From the NCBI GenBank assembly GCA_021734945.1, contig JAIPIA010000003.1, forward strand, positions 156,895 to 220,894: a stretch of DNA of 64,000 nucleotides, given 5' to 3'. A program made the translations under genes and the position numbers. The notes under the pieces were generated by a model, which saw nothing but the letters and a program-made list of their open reading frames with translations, was not told where the DNA came from and searched no databases. This DNA comes from Minisyncoccota bacterium. GTDB lineage: Bacteria; Patescibacteriota; Minisyncoccia; Phycocordibacterales; CAIZLB01. Numbering within the stretch: position 1 is the first letter of the stretch; the number at the start of each line of letters is the position of its first letter. Of this stretch, positions 26,843-35,523 are shown in pieces.

Positions 26843-27565
26843 CTAGTGTAAGAAATCAGGCAAAGAAGATGAAGAAAAGGTACGAACAAATACTAACGGC
26901 CTGCCAGGTCCACCTTTAAAAACTAAGACAAACTTTTCTGTATCAAGTTGTTGAATCTGATACACATACTGTTCCCCTTTGTGACCTGATTCATACTGCT
27001 GTTTTTGGAAAAAAAACTTTGAATCATCTGTGGAAGTATTATCAAACTGACTTTTTGTATAAGCTGAGGGAGATAAAAGACTTACAGATGTAGAAGTATT
27101 ATTACTATTCACACTTGAAGCGTCTGCTGCCTCCTGTGGTTCATATATTCTCCCATTAATTTTTAGACTATCGGAAAGATTAACATCATTTTGTGAACCA
27201 GCAAAAACTCTCCAAACACCATAACCCTCTTTGTTGCTATCATAATATTCGATAAATTTATTATTCAAATCAATTTGGATTTTGTACCGCCCATCATGCT
27301 CGCTAACCCAAGTTCCCTCAATATAATCATGTATTTGAGATAAGGTATTAGCTTCCACTTGTGTTAAAACCTTCATTTGTGTTGTTTTATCAGTCTGAAT
27401 TTTTAGGACTGCATTCTCTTCACTTAAAATTCCTGTGGCTGTCTGTTGGTACTTATCGAGCTGTGTTACAAAAAAATATGGAACACCAATAAACAGCATA
27501 GTTAAAAATATAATTTTAACTATCAAAGTTAGTACAAGTGGATTTTTTTGTTTTTCACTACTCAT
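26843..27565 (-). CDS. membrane-anchored hypothetical protein
   Basis: Single N-terminal TM helix; no recognisable domain. Confidence 0.4.
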   Translation of the reverse strand: MSSEKQKNPLVLTLIVKIIFLTMLFIGVPYFFVTQLDKYQQTATGILSEENAVLKIQTDKTTQMKVLTQVEANTLSQIHDYIEGTWVSEHDGRYKIQIDLNNKFIEYYDSNKEGYGVWRVFAGSQNDVNLSDSLKINGRIYEPQEAADASSVNSNNTSTSVSLLSPSAYTKSQFDNTSTDDSKFFFQKQQYESGHKGEQYVYQIQQLDTEKFVLVFKGGPGRPLVFVRTFSSSSLPDFLH

Positions 27566-27594
27566 TTTACTAATATTGTAACACGCAAATATTT

Positions 27595-28581
27595 TTAAAT
27601 AGCACTTATGTTGTTAACAAAAGTGTCCAATATTTTTGTATATCCAGTTCCACTTATGTTTATAATAATAAAATCATCTATACTTAAAGCAATGATGAGA
27701 GTTTTTGATCTACTTGTACCGTCAAATATTGGTTTATTATTTTTTGTTGAACGAGTCGGAACAACTGTCTGAGGTATTATTTTATCGCCCAAAGAAGAAA
27801 TATCGCCAAAATATTCAAGGCGCATCCATGTTTTTTCATTAGTATTATAAAAATAAGTCGAATTTCCATTCACTTCATCATTTGTAGTGACTGAAGTTCC
27901 ATGAAATCTACTCACAAAAATAGTGTCTTTTGCTTCTGGGCCTACCTGTTTAAGAATCAAATTCTCCCCTGTAGTTGTCTGCGTCCAAAATGGATCTTTC
28001 AAAAAGGTTATTTTCAACTCTTTCGACGTTACTTTCTCGGATAAGTCTTGCACACGAAGTGTCGTAGTCCCAGTTCCATTTGAAGTAGAAGTGGCTTTAA
28101 TCACATATTCAGTAATGATATTAGTATTTGTAGTAGTAGAAGTACTCGTACCAGAATTGGGCTGTGTAAAAATGTCTTTGTCGAGAGATGAAGACCGTCT
28201 GATCGTACCGCTTGCATTCTCGTCTGTAGAAACTTTTAGCTGAGCTAGATTATCTTGCCTCGCCTGCTCATCACTCTTAGTTGTATCAATAAAAAGCTCT
28301 GAAATATTACTATTTTTTGAAGGTTGAACATATTTTTTTACATAAATACCAAAACCAGAAATGAGTGCTAATGCGCCGATTAAAGTAAAAGCAATTGAAA
28401 GTGTATAATCTTTCTTCTCTTCAGTATCTAATTCTTCATATTCTGACTCTAAACGAGACTCCAAAGTCGTTTCTACAACAGGTTCCTCTTCTTTAATAAA
28501 AGAGCCTATGTGAGGTTCCTCAGTTTCAGGCTGAACAGGTCTACGTATCTGAAATTTTGTTTGGTGCTTTAAAGGGTCCAT
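27595..28581 (-). CDS. membrane-anchored Ser/Thr-rich hypothetical protein
   Basis: TM helix (YTLSIAFTLIGALALISGFGIYV) and a T/S-rich low-complexity tract. Confidence 0.4.
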   Translation of the reverse strand: MDPLKHQTKFQIRRPVQPETEEPHIGSFIKEEEPVVETTLESRLESEYEELDTEEKKDYTLSIAFTLIGALALISGFGIYVKKYVQPSKNSNISELFIDTTKSDEQARQDNLAQLKVSTDENASGTIRRSSSLDKDIFTQPNSGTSTSTTTNTNIITEYVIKATSTSNGTGTTTLRVQDLSEKVTSKELKITFLKDPFWTQTTTGENLILKQVGPEAKDTIFVSRFHGTSVTTNDEVNGNSTYFYNTNEKTWMRLEYFGDISSLGDKIIPQTVVPTRSTKNNKPIFDGTSRSKTLIIALSIDDFIIINISGTGYTKILDTFVNNISAI

Positions 28582-28617
28582 AGTTTCTTAAGTATATCAA
28601 ACTTTAAATCTTTCTTT

Positions 28618-29253
28618 ATGCTCGAAGAATATCAAAATAGTGCTTACACGAGGTTTATGCATCGCCATTTCTTTACTTTTGCTATACTACAATCATACTC
28701 GCTAATAAAAGTTACAATGAACCTCGCAAGCTCTGTTAATACAATACTTTCAATCTTAACTATATTAGGTCAAATCTTTGCAGTCTATATTTTTATAGTG
28801 CTTATACTAGGCAAACGATCACATAAAATACTTGGTAAGCCATTTTTACTACTCGAAAGACACGGAATTCTTTTTGGGTTTTTAGTCGCACTAATATCTA
28901 TGCTTGGCAGTCTGACATATTCAGACATTCTCGGATATGAACCCTGCAAACTTTGTTGGTTTCAAAGAATATTTATGTACCCTCAAGTGTTCTTGCTCGG
29001 ACTTGCACTTTTTCGTAAAGAACGTTTTATAGTTCCCTACGCGCTCCTATTGGCTGTTATAGGTGAAATAGTCGCCTTATACCACTACATCGTGCAACTA
29101 GGTTTTTTTCCAGCCCCTTGTTCAGTAAGTGGTTACTCTATTACTTGTTCAAAAGTGTTCACTCTTCAGTATGGATATATAACTATTCCACTTATGGCCT
29201 TCACTGCTTTTATACTGATTATCTTTGGAATGTTATTTAGTAAAAAAGAGTAA
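28618..29253 (+). CDS. dsbB: disulfide bond formation protein (DsbB/BdbC family); start likely an internal Met
   Basis: Hallmark CKLCWFQR motif in the first periplasmic loop, 4 TM helices and a second Cys pair. Confidence 0.7.
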   Translation: MLEEYQNSAYTRFMHRHFFTFAILQSYSLIKVTMNLASSVNTILSILTILGQIFAVYIFIVLILGKRSHKILGKPFLLLERHGILFGFLVALISMLGSLTYSDILGYEPCKLCWFQRIFMYPQVFLLGLALFRKERFIVPYALLLAVIGEIVALYHYIVQLGFFPAPCSVSGYSITCSKVFTLQYGYITIPLMAFTAFILIIFGMLFSKKE

Positions 29254-29255
29254 CT

Positions 29256-29288
29256 AATAAACCCACACAAGTGTGGGTTTATTTTGAT
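29256..29288. terminator. bidirectional intrinsic terminator
   Basis: AAACCCACAC-AA-GUGUGGGUUU followed by AUUUUG. Confidence 0.6.
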
Positions 29289-29321
29289 TCATACATTGAT
29301 GAAAGCTATTCAACTGTAAAA

Positions 29322-29537
29322 TTAGAGACTCAGACTCGTTGTAGCTGTAACCTCAATTTTATTGTCTGAAGAGCAAGGTTCACCTGTTATAATATTGAAC
29401 TTATCCCCTTCAGCACACACTACAGGTGACGATATAGACGGCGCTGTATCTTTTTTATAATAGTAAAAAGCTGCCCCGATTAAAATCAAAACAACAATAC
29501 TAATAATCATCATTTTATTATTTTGGTATGTTTGCAT
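29322..29537 (-). CDS. small membrane protein, hypothetical
   Basis: 71 aa with one TM helix. Confidence 0.3.
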   Translation of the reverse strand: MQTYQNNKMMIISIVVLILIGAAFYYYKKDTAPSISSPVVCAEGDKFNIITGEPCSSDNKIEVTATTSLSL

Positions 29538-29631
29538 AGTGACTATAGTATACCACTCCCACTAAATAGGTTAAACCCTGACATATAAAAGAAAAACCCA
29601 ACCACCGTAGTGGTTGGGTTACTCAAAGAAC

Positions 29632-30024
29632 TTACAACTCCATCTGTGGAGCAAGAGTATAAGTTTCCATTAAAATTGACCTCGGAGTAACAACTACACC
29701 GTTACCCAAATGACGAGTGCAGTGAATTATTGTATCGTCTGAATATACAATTCCAACGTGACTCCATAGTCGAGGTGAGTTTTTTGCTTTCCTTTTAAAG
29801 AAAACACTGTGCCCGATTGGCATAGTCAAGAACTCCTTTTCAGACAAATGAAATTCTCTTGGAGGAAAACTATATCTTTCTATTACAGGGAGTAATATAT
29901 TTAGCTGAGCATACACTTCTATTACAAAATGCACGCAATTGAACGAGCTCCAGTCAAATTTTCTGTCAATATATTTCTCCGAAATACCAACAATACTGTC
30001 TGATAATTTTTTAGATAACAACAT
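29632..30024 (-). CDS. papain-fold (NlpC/P60- or LRAT-like) putative hydrolase
   Basis: Conserved Cys (SFNCVHFV) and His (HVGIVYSDDTIIHCTR) in the order typical of permuted NlpC/P60 enzymes. Confidence 0.35.
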   Translation of the reverse strand: MLLSKKLSDSIVGISEKYIDRKFDWSSFNCVHFVIEVYAQLNILLPVIERYSFPPREFHLSEKEFLTMPIGHSVFFKRKAKNSPRLWSHVGIVYSDDTIIHCTRHLGNGVVVTPRSILMETYTLAPQMEL

Positions 30025-30254
30025 AAGAACTTCCTTTCTATGTATAGGGTTGATTTTAAATTATTTGATTGCACTTCAATTTTACAATCTTTAAAATATT
30101 GAGATATCTACGCAGAGGCGCATTATATAAAACTAGACCAAGTTGTAATTCGTTTGTTTTGAATCATATCGAAGACAGGATACCCTATCTGAGCAATTTT
30201 GTATAATTGAGTTATTTGGGGGTCACTGTCCGTCTTTTGTTATACCGACCATTT

Positions 30255-30848
30255 CTAGCTAAAATACTTATCAGGAAAATCGGCAGTCTGTTCCATCATA
30301 AATGAGTGTTTAGATTCAAACGCCTTGCGGACTTCGGGAAGAACCACTTTTCTATTCCAGTCCTTTATAAGCTTGTTTCTGTTTGACTGAACAAGCTCTG
30401 GTACTGTCTTTCCGGGATTCTCCCAGAAATAAATCGAGTAGAAAGGTCCGACCAAGTGAGAAGCGGCATCAGAGGAAGAAGCTATTTTCACTTCAATTGG
30501 TGCGATATTTAAATCGACGGTCATCTTGCTTTCAAATATTTCGAGATACTCTAGAATCTTATTTATGAATTCGACAGGAAAGCCTATTTCCATCATGAGT
30601 TCCCTGCTCCTTTCGAGCATTTCGGCTTCATGTTCCCGCGACTTGTCCAAAATCTTGGCGTAGTCATGGATCCAAACCAACGCAAAGACAATATCCTTGT
30701 CTGCTTCTTTGTAAATGTCGCAAAGCTCCATCGCCAGCTTTTCAACGAAAAGAAGGTGAAAATCAACGAACCATGCGTGATGGATAAAATCTGGATTCTT
30801 GGATTTCTCGATCACTTTGGCTTTGAGGTTTTGTAGAAGCTTTTCCAT
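30255..30848 (-). CDS. HD-domain-like metal-dependent hydrolase, hypothetical; GC content (~43%) is above the local background
   Basis: His ... HD-type motif (HHAWFVDFHL ... WIHDYAK). Confidence 0.4.
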   Translation of the reverse strand: MEKLLQNLKAKVIEKSKNPDFIHHAWFVDFHLLFVEKLAMELCDIYKEADKDIVFALVWIHDYAKILDKSREHEAEMLERSRELMMEIGFPVEFINKILEYLEIFESKMTVDLNIAPIEVKIASSSDAASHLVGPFYSIYFWENPGKTVPELVQSNRNKLIKDWNRKVVLPEVRKAFESKHSFMMEQTADFPDKYFS

Positions 30849-30871
30849 GTAGATAAATTATACCAGTTCCA

Positions 30872-31321
30872 TTATCTTAAATCTCTAAAATCAAAAAACT
30901 CCTTACCTTTTATCAGACCTTCCTCTATGAGATATTTATGAGGCGCAAATAAGTTACTTGGAAGATCATCCATATCGAACCAGTCCCAACCTTCGCACCT
31001 TTCTGGTTCCATAAGTTTCACTTCGCCATCAAATGCTTTGACTAAGAAATTAATGTGAATATAATGACTTCCATCGACAGCAGACAATATCGTATTCGCA
31101 ATATTTACAAAATCCATCGTTTTTGCGACAAGTCCAGTTTCTTCCTTCAATTCTCTAATTGCACCCTCGTTTGCTAATTCCGCATATTCTAAGTGGCCAC
31201 CTGGTACGCAATAAGTTCCCGCACCCACAGTACCTTTTCTTTTTCCAAGGAGAATCTTATTGTCCTTTAATACAAAAGTGTTTACTGCAACTTTAATTAT
31301 TTTCTTATTTTCCATATGCAT
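30872..31321 (-). CDS. NUDIX hydrolase
   Basis: Nudix box GGHLEYAELANEGAIRELKEETGL. Confidence 0.8.
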   Translation of the reverse strand: MHMENKKIIKVAVNTFVLKDNKILLGKRKGTVGAGTYCVPGGHLEYAELANEGAIRELKEETGLVAKTMDFVNIANTILSAVDGSHYIHINFLVKAFDGEVKLMEPERCEGWDWFDMDDLPSNLFAPHKYLIEEGLIKGKEFFDFRDLR

Positions 31322-31359
31322 GAATTATACCAGTTCGATTCTCGTTAGTCCCAAACAAC

Positions 31360-31390
31360 AAAACCACCCTTTTTTTACGAGGGTGGTTTT
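31360..31390. terminator. intrinsic terminator (CCACCCU/GGGUGG stem)
   Basis: AAAACCACCCU-UUUUUUACGA-GGGUGGUUUUG. Confidence 0.55.
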
Positions 31391-31408
31391 GTATATGCGG
31401 AAATCTTG

Positions 31409-31481
31409 GGGCGACTAGAGAGAATCGGACTCTCGATACCGGTTCCACAAACCGGAGTTTTACCACTAAACTATAGTCGCC
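31409..31481 (-). tRNA. tRNA-His (anticodon GUG); CCA and G-1 not encoded
   Basis: Cloverleaf with acceptor GGCGACU/AGUCGCC, anticodon stem CCGGU/ACCGG with loop UUGUGGA, T-arm and discriminator C. The D-arm spacing is slightly non-canonical by eye. Confidence 0.6.
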
Positions 31482-31653
31482 ATATTTAGGTATAGATCAG
31501 CATATTAAATGCCAAACCAACAACCATTTAGTCCACCCTTAAATACTTCCATAAGTATCTACGTAATAGCAGACGTGAACAAAGTTATATCAGATTTATA
31601 TGTATAAATCCAGCCTTCGTAGGAGAAAAGCATACACCTCGGAACCTCCTCAC

Positions 31654-32511
31654 TTACTTCAAATAAGATCGTGGTGCGAGATATGATTCCAATTCATTCA
31701 TTGGTACAGAAATCTTAATTTCACCAAACACATATGGTGCAACTTGATATTGGCCAAAAACCCATTCTATTCGATCCTCGTGAACATAAAAAACTCCATA
31801 ATTCTCTAATTTAGGGTCAGCACCTGATGGTTCAAAAATCTTCGAGACATCTGGACTAGTTCCATCTGTAGTCTTAGACATCTTTTTCAGTTGTTCCATA
31901 ATCTTAGGCTTTACTAAGTTTGAGATACCAGTGAGAGATGTTTTAAAATCCTTGTCTGTGGCTACTGCGCTTGTGTCACTAGACCCCTCGCCACTTTCTC
32001 TTTTAAGAATATCTTCTAATCGAATAAGCTGTCCTGTTTCTTTTACAAAATTGTATACAGATCTCTGTGAAAGTGGGTGTGCTGAGCCTGAAATATATGA
32101 ATTAATCTCAGTGTCTACATAAAAGACTTTTTTACTTGCTGACAATGGAGTTCCCCCATTCACCGTAAGCTGATGTTTCATATCTTTTGAGAAAATATCT
32201 ACACCAGCAGTATCTGCTATAAATAATTTCTTTATGTCGCCAAAAGCAGTATCTAACTGTGAATTAACGATATTGTTAATTAAATTGGATGGAAGCCCGG
32301 TAACAACAGGCTGTGTTATGTGAATTGAAGTTGTATCCGTCTCTACATCATCTTTTTTAAAACTGTATCCAACGGTCTCATACCCATTTGTTACTGGTTC
32401 AACATTTGAGATAATTGGGGCCTCTACTTTCCCAGATCGAGTAATTAAAAAAATTATTACGGCGCAGAGGATAACTATTATGAGACCCAGCACTTTTGTT
32501 TTATTTTTCAT
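31654..32511 (-). CDS. membrane-anchored protein, DUF3298/DUF4163 (RsiV-like) candidate
   Basis: N-terminal TM helix with a 260-aa extracytoplasmic domain; no catalytic motif. Confidence 0.35.
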   Translation of the reverse strand: MKNKTKVLGLIIVILCAVIIFLITRSGKVEAPIISNVEPVTNGYETVGYSFKKDDVETDTTSIHITQPVVTGLPSNLINNIVNSQLDTAFGDIKKLFIADTAGVDIFSKDMKHQLTVNGGTPLSASKKVFYVDTEINSYISGSAHPLSQRSVYNFVKETGQLIRLEDILKRESGEGSSDTSAVATDKDFKTSLTGISNLVKPKIMEQLKKMSKTTDGTSPDVSKIFEPSGADPKLENYGVFYVHEDRIEWVFGQYQVAPYVFGEIKISVPMNELESYLAPRSYLK

Positions 32512-32638
32512 ATGATTTATTTTGATTTGGCAGACTATAATTAGTGTTTAACTAAGAACGTAGACGTACCACGCAGACTTATATGACTATTATACTCTTA
32601 TAAAAATTAAATGGAGAACTTGGTCACAGGTTATTCAT

Positions 32639-32732
32639 GTGGTCACAGGTTTCCTCACTGCAGTTCGGAACCCACTACCCCGACTCGCGTGTCTCGTCTA
32701 TTAACTCGACATCGCTCCGTCTCGCCCATGCA
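32639..32732 (-). repeat. GC-rich ~95-nt element, copy B of a duplicated tRNA-adjacent module (GUGCAUGGGCGAGACGGAGC.AUGUCGAGU ... GUGACCAC)
   Basis: The first ~45 nt are near-identical to 50395-50440 on the plus strand, and both copies end in GUGACCAC. It lies just 3' of tRNA-Leu and its terminator. Confidence 0.45.
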
Positions 32733-32766
32733 CAAAAAAAGACCAGAGCAGTCCGGTCTTTTTTGT
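32732..32766 (-). terminator. intrinsic terminator after tRNA-Leu (GACUGCUCUG-containing hairpin between A7 and U6-7)
   Basis: Minus strand reads AAAAAAGACCGGACUGCUCUGGUCUUUUUUUG; its loop motif is shared with the tRNA-Lys terminator. Confidence 0.5.
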
Positions 32767-32770
32767 CATG

Positions 32771-32854
32771 TGCGCGGGAGAGGACTTGAACCTCCATGCC
32801 CTTGCGGGCGCTACCACCTCAAGGTAGTACGTCTACCAGTTTCGCCACCCGCGC
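32771..32854 (-). tRNA. tRNA-Leu (anticodon GAG), long variable arm; CCA not encoded
   Basis: Acceptor GCGCGGG/CCCGCGC, anticodon stem CUACC/GGUAG with loop UUGAGGU, variable arm CGCCCGCAAGGGCAUG, T-arm GAGGUUCAAGUCCUC. It overlaps the spurious plus-strand ORF 32611-32907. Confidence 0.85.
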
Positions 32855-33027
32855 ATTCACTTAGAAACCGAAGTTTCTTAGTGGGGCTATCATACCCAAA
32901 AAACTGATAAGTTTCAACCTTTTAGTCAATTTTAAAAAGTTTTCTATTTTAGATACTGTAGGCAAAAAGAAAACTCCCTTTCGGGAGCTCCTTTTGACAT
33001 ATCATGTCGAGATTTTGTTTAGCTAGA

Positions 33028-33480
33028 TTATTCTGCTTTTGCTTCTTCTGCTGGAGTTTCTTCTACTTCTTCTTTTACTCCTTTTGAAGAGTCAGTTCGC
33101 ATCATTTCCATTTTCATACGTTTACTGATTTCTTTTGCTGCTTTGTCTCGGATGTAGTAAAGCTTAGCTCGTCGAACCTTAGCTCGTCGTACAACTTCAA
33201 CTTTGTCAATAAGTGGTGAGAATAGAGGGAAAATTCTTTCTACTCCGTATCCGAGAGAGTTTTTTCGTACTGTAAATGTAGCACCTTTTTCAGTACCGTG
33301 GTTTCGAGTAAGAATCATACCTTCGAAGATCTGAATTCGAGTTTTTCCTTTTTCTTGGATTTTCAAGTGAACCTTTACAGTATCACCAACTCGCATATCA
33401 AAATCCTTAATAGACTTATTAGCAGTCTTTACGAGTTTAATTTCCTTTGTCTTTTTTGTGGCTGTTTTAGCTGCTGTCAT
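33028..33480 (-). CDS. rplS: 50S ribosomal protein L19 with Lys-rich N-terminal and acidic C-terminal extensions
   Basis: Core [28 protein letters not shown]...[41 protein letters not shown]. Confidence 0.85.
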   Translation of the reverse strand: MTAAKTATKKTKEIKLVKTANKSIKDFDMRVGDTVKVHLKIQEKGKTRIQIFEGMILTRNHGTEKGATFTVRKNSLGYGVERIFPLFSPLIDKVEVVRRAKVRRAKLYYIRDKAAKEISKRMKMEMMRTDSSKGVKEEVEETPAEEAKAE

Positions 33481-33566
33481 GGGACATCAATATAGCAGAC
33501 CTCATATAAATAGTAAAGTACCCCGTCGCCTACAAAATTGCTTCAAACTTAACCTCCAACTAATCT

Positions 33567-34559
33567 TTAGAAATTTTTGAGGGCTTTTTTAAAATCTTCG
33601 GGGAGAGGCGCTTCCACTGTAACTCTCTTACCATTCAAACTTGTGAATGAAATAGTTCTAGAATGTAGCGCTAGACGCTTAAAACCGAGCATTTGGGGGT
33701 GGTTTGGGGCATACAGAGCATCTCCTACCACAGGGTGGTTAATAGCCTTAAAATGAACACGTATCTGATGTGTACGACCAGTTTTTGGATAAGCTTCTAC
33801 AAAAGAGAAGTTTAATGGGATTTTAGAGTTTTTAGATTCCTTTGAACTTAATTTTACACTTTCTTCAGCTCCCCATGAGTCTTCACCTTCCCCAATAGTC
33901 TTTCTACTCAGTACTTTGTAATCCGTTACAGCAGGACGAAGATCTCCACGAGCAAATCGCTCAGCTGACCATTTTCTAAAATCAGTTTTACTTCTACCAA
34001 TTGGACGATCTATTGTCCCCTCATCTTCTTTTACAAGCCCCCATACAAATGTATTGTATGTTTTTTGGACATCTCTAGTTTGGAATGAATTCTTAAGAAA
34101 TTCGAACGACTCCTGAGTTTTTGCAATAACAAGCACGCCTGATGTCTCTCTATCAAGTCGATGAACAATACCAGGACGATCAAGCAGAGTACCGTCTGGT
34201 GCCTTTGAAGGCTCGCCTACTCCCACTATTTTCGGATACTTCTGAGTAATCCAGTCACAAAGCGTCGGTTCTACAGTCTTCCCATCCGGGTGTACAACGA
34301 GCCCTGCTGGTTTATTTATTATTAGAAAATATTTATCTTCTTGTAAAATTTGAGGAACGAGTTCTTTAGGGAATTTTGGAGTTGATACCTTTGTGATTTT
34401 TAAGGATTTCGGAGATTTTGGTTTCACTTTTGGAGAAACATTAACAATCTCCTTACTAAGAGTTTTCTTCTTAAAACTATCTTTAAGCTCTTTTTTCAAC
34501 TCTGCTCGAGTTTTACGCTCAGGTAGATTTTGTTTTGGAAATGAAGTTGACGGATTCAT
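33567..34559 (-). CDS. RluA-family pseudouridine synthase with Lys-rich N-terminal extension
   Basis: Catalytic motif HRLDRETSGVLVIAKT and the C-terminal RluA fold. Confidence 0.8.
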   Translation of the reverse strand: MNPSTSFPKQNLPERKTRAELKKELKDSFKKKTLSKEIVNVSPKVKPKSPKSLKITKVSTPKFPKELVPQILQEDKYFLIINKPAGLVVHPDGKTVEPTLCDWITQKYPKIVGVGEPSKAPDGTLLDRPGIVHRLDRETSGVLVIAKTQESFEFLKNSFQTRDVQKTYNTFVWGLVKEDEGTIDRPIGRSKTDFRKWSAERFARGDLRPAVTDYKVLSRKTIGEGEDSWGAEESVKLSSKESKNSKIPLNFSFVEAYPKTGRTHQIRVHFKAINHPVVGDALYAPNHPQMLGFKRLALHSRTISFTSLNGKRVTVEAPLPEDFKKALKNF

Positions 34560-34611
34560 AATTTTGTTTCAATGTACCACAAGGGTGCAAAAAGGGCAAA
34601 GAATATGGTTT

Positions 34612-35286
34612 TTAAAAGATTCCAGCAATAAGTAATTTAAGTATTTTATTAGTCCACCCCTTAATTCTTAGAAACAATCTCGTGTCACACACATAAATAT
34701 CGAATGTACCAAATGGTAAATTATTTTTTAACCCCTTACTCGAGGTACTTGGTTTTACATAAGTTTTAAAAAAATTAGTTTTGGCAATACCTGTCACATT
34801 TGACCAGTATTTTTCAGCTTCGAAAACTTGAACCTGAGAATGAGTATGTATATGGCCTTTAAATTTACCTTTTGGAACGTCACATACGTCTTGTAAAAAT
34901 TTCATCATCAATTTGATTACCTGAGGATTACTATTTGAGAATCGAACAAGACCTCGTTGAGTCTTTCCCCCTTCAGCAAGATAAAGCATTACACCAGCAA
35001 CTCTTAAATCTTTCTTATCCAAATTTTGAATTTCTTTTTCTGCTGCGTCTATTATATTTTGTCTTTTCAAATCCTCATTCTTTAATCTTGATTGCCTCCG
35101 CCTTTCAATAACCTCAAAATCAGTATTTTTTAACTTTAAAGTATATTTTTGATCTTTATTCAAAACAACACTCCTTACCCAAAGACTCACACTTGCCTTA
35201 GAAACACCTAATATATTGGCTATTTCAAGTATAGACATACCTTCCTCTCTATATTTAATAGCTTGTTGCTTTTCTTTATATTTCAT
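34612..35286 (-). CDS. HTH-containing protein with possible LAGLIDADG-like nuclease core, hypothetical
   Basis: N-terminal HTH (MSILEIANILGVSKASVSLWVR); downstream LYLAEGGKT resembles a degenerate LAGLIDADG motif; adjacent to tRNA-Val. Confidence 0.3.
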   Translation of the reverse strand: MKYKEKQQAIKYREEGMSILEIANILGVSKASVSLWVRSVVLNKDQKYTLKLKNTDFEVIERRRQSRLKNEDLKRQNIIDAAEKEIQNLDKKDLRVAGVMLYLAEGGKTQRGLVRFSNSNPQVIKLMMKFLQDVCDVPKGKFKGHIHTHSQVQVFEAEKYWSNVTGIAKTNFFKTYVKPSTSSKGLKNNLPFGTFDIYVCDTRLFLRIKGWTNKILKLLIAGIF

Positions 35287-35365
35287 AAATTAGTACCCAG
35301 TAAGTATAACTTAGATGTTCATATATTTGAAATATATTAAGAAATAGTTTATAGTCTTAGTCATC

Positions 35366-35441
35366 GGGGGATTAGCTCAGTTGGTAGAGCAACACATTTA
35401 CACTGTGAAGGTCATAGGTTCGAGTCCTATATCCCCCACCA
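35366..35441 (+). tRNA. tRNA-Val (anticodon UAC), CCA encoded
   Basis: GGGGGAUUAGCUCAGUUGGUAGAGCAACACAUUUACACUGUGAAGGUCAUAGGUUCGAGUCCUAUAUCCCCCACCA. Confidence 0.9.
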
Positions 35442-35449
35442 AATTAAAG

Positions 35450-35485
35450 TACCCAGTCCGAAAGGATTTGGGTATTTTAATTTTC
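35450..35485 (+). terminator. intrinsic terminator after tRNA-Val
   Basis: UACCCAGUCCGAAAGGAUUUGGGUA followed by UUUUAAUUUU. Confidence 0.6.
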
Positions 35486-35523
35486 TGTTTGGATATAGAA
35501 CGAGATGGAATAACGTTAAAATA

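Noticed and set aside
32611-32907. Plus-strand 98-aa ORF
   Set aside because: It is antisense to, and fully overlaps, tRNA-Leu (32771-32854) and the GC-rich repeat, with a Cys/Pro/Arg-rich artefact composition.
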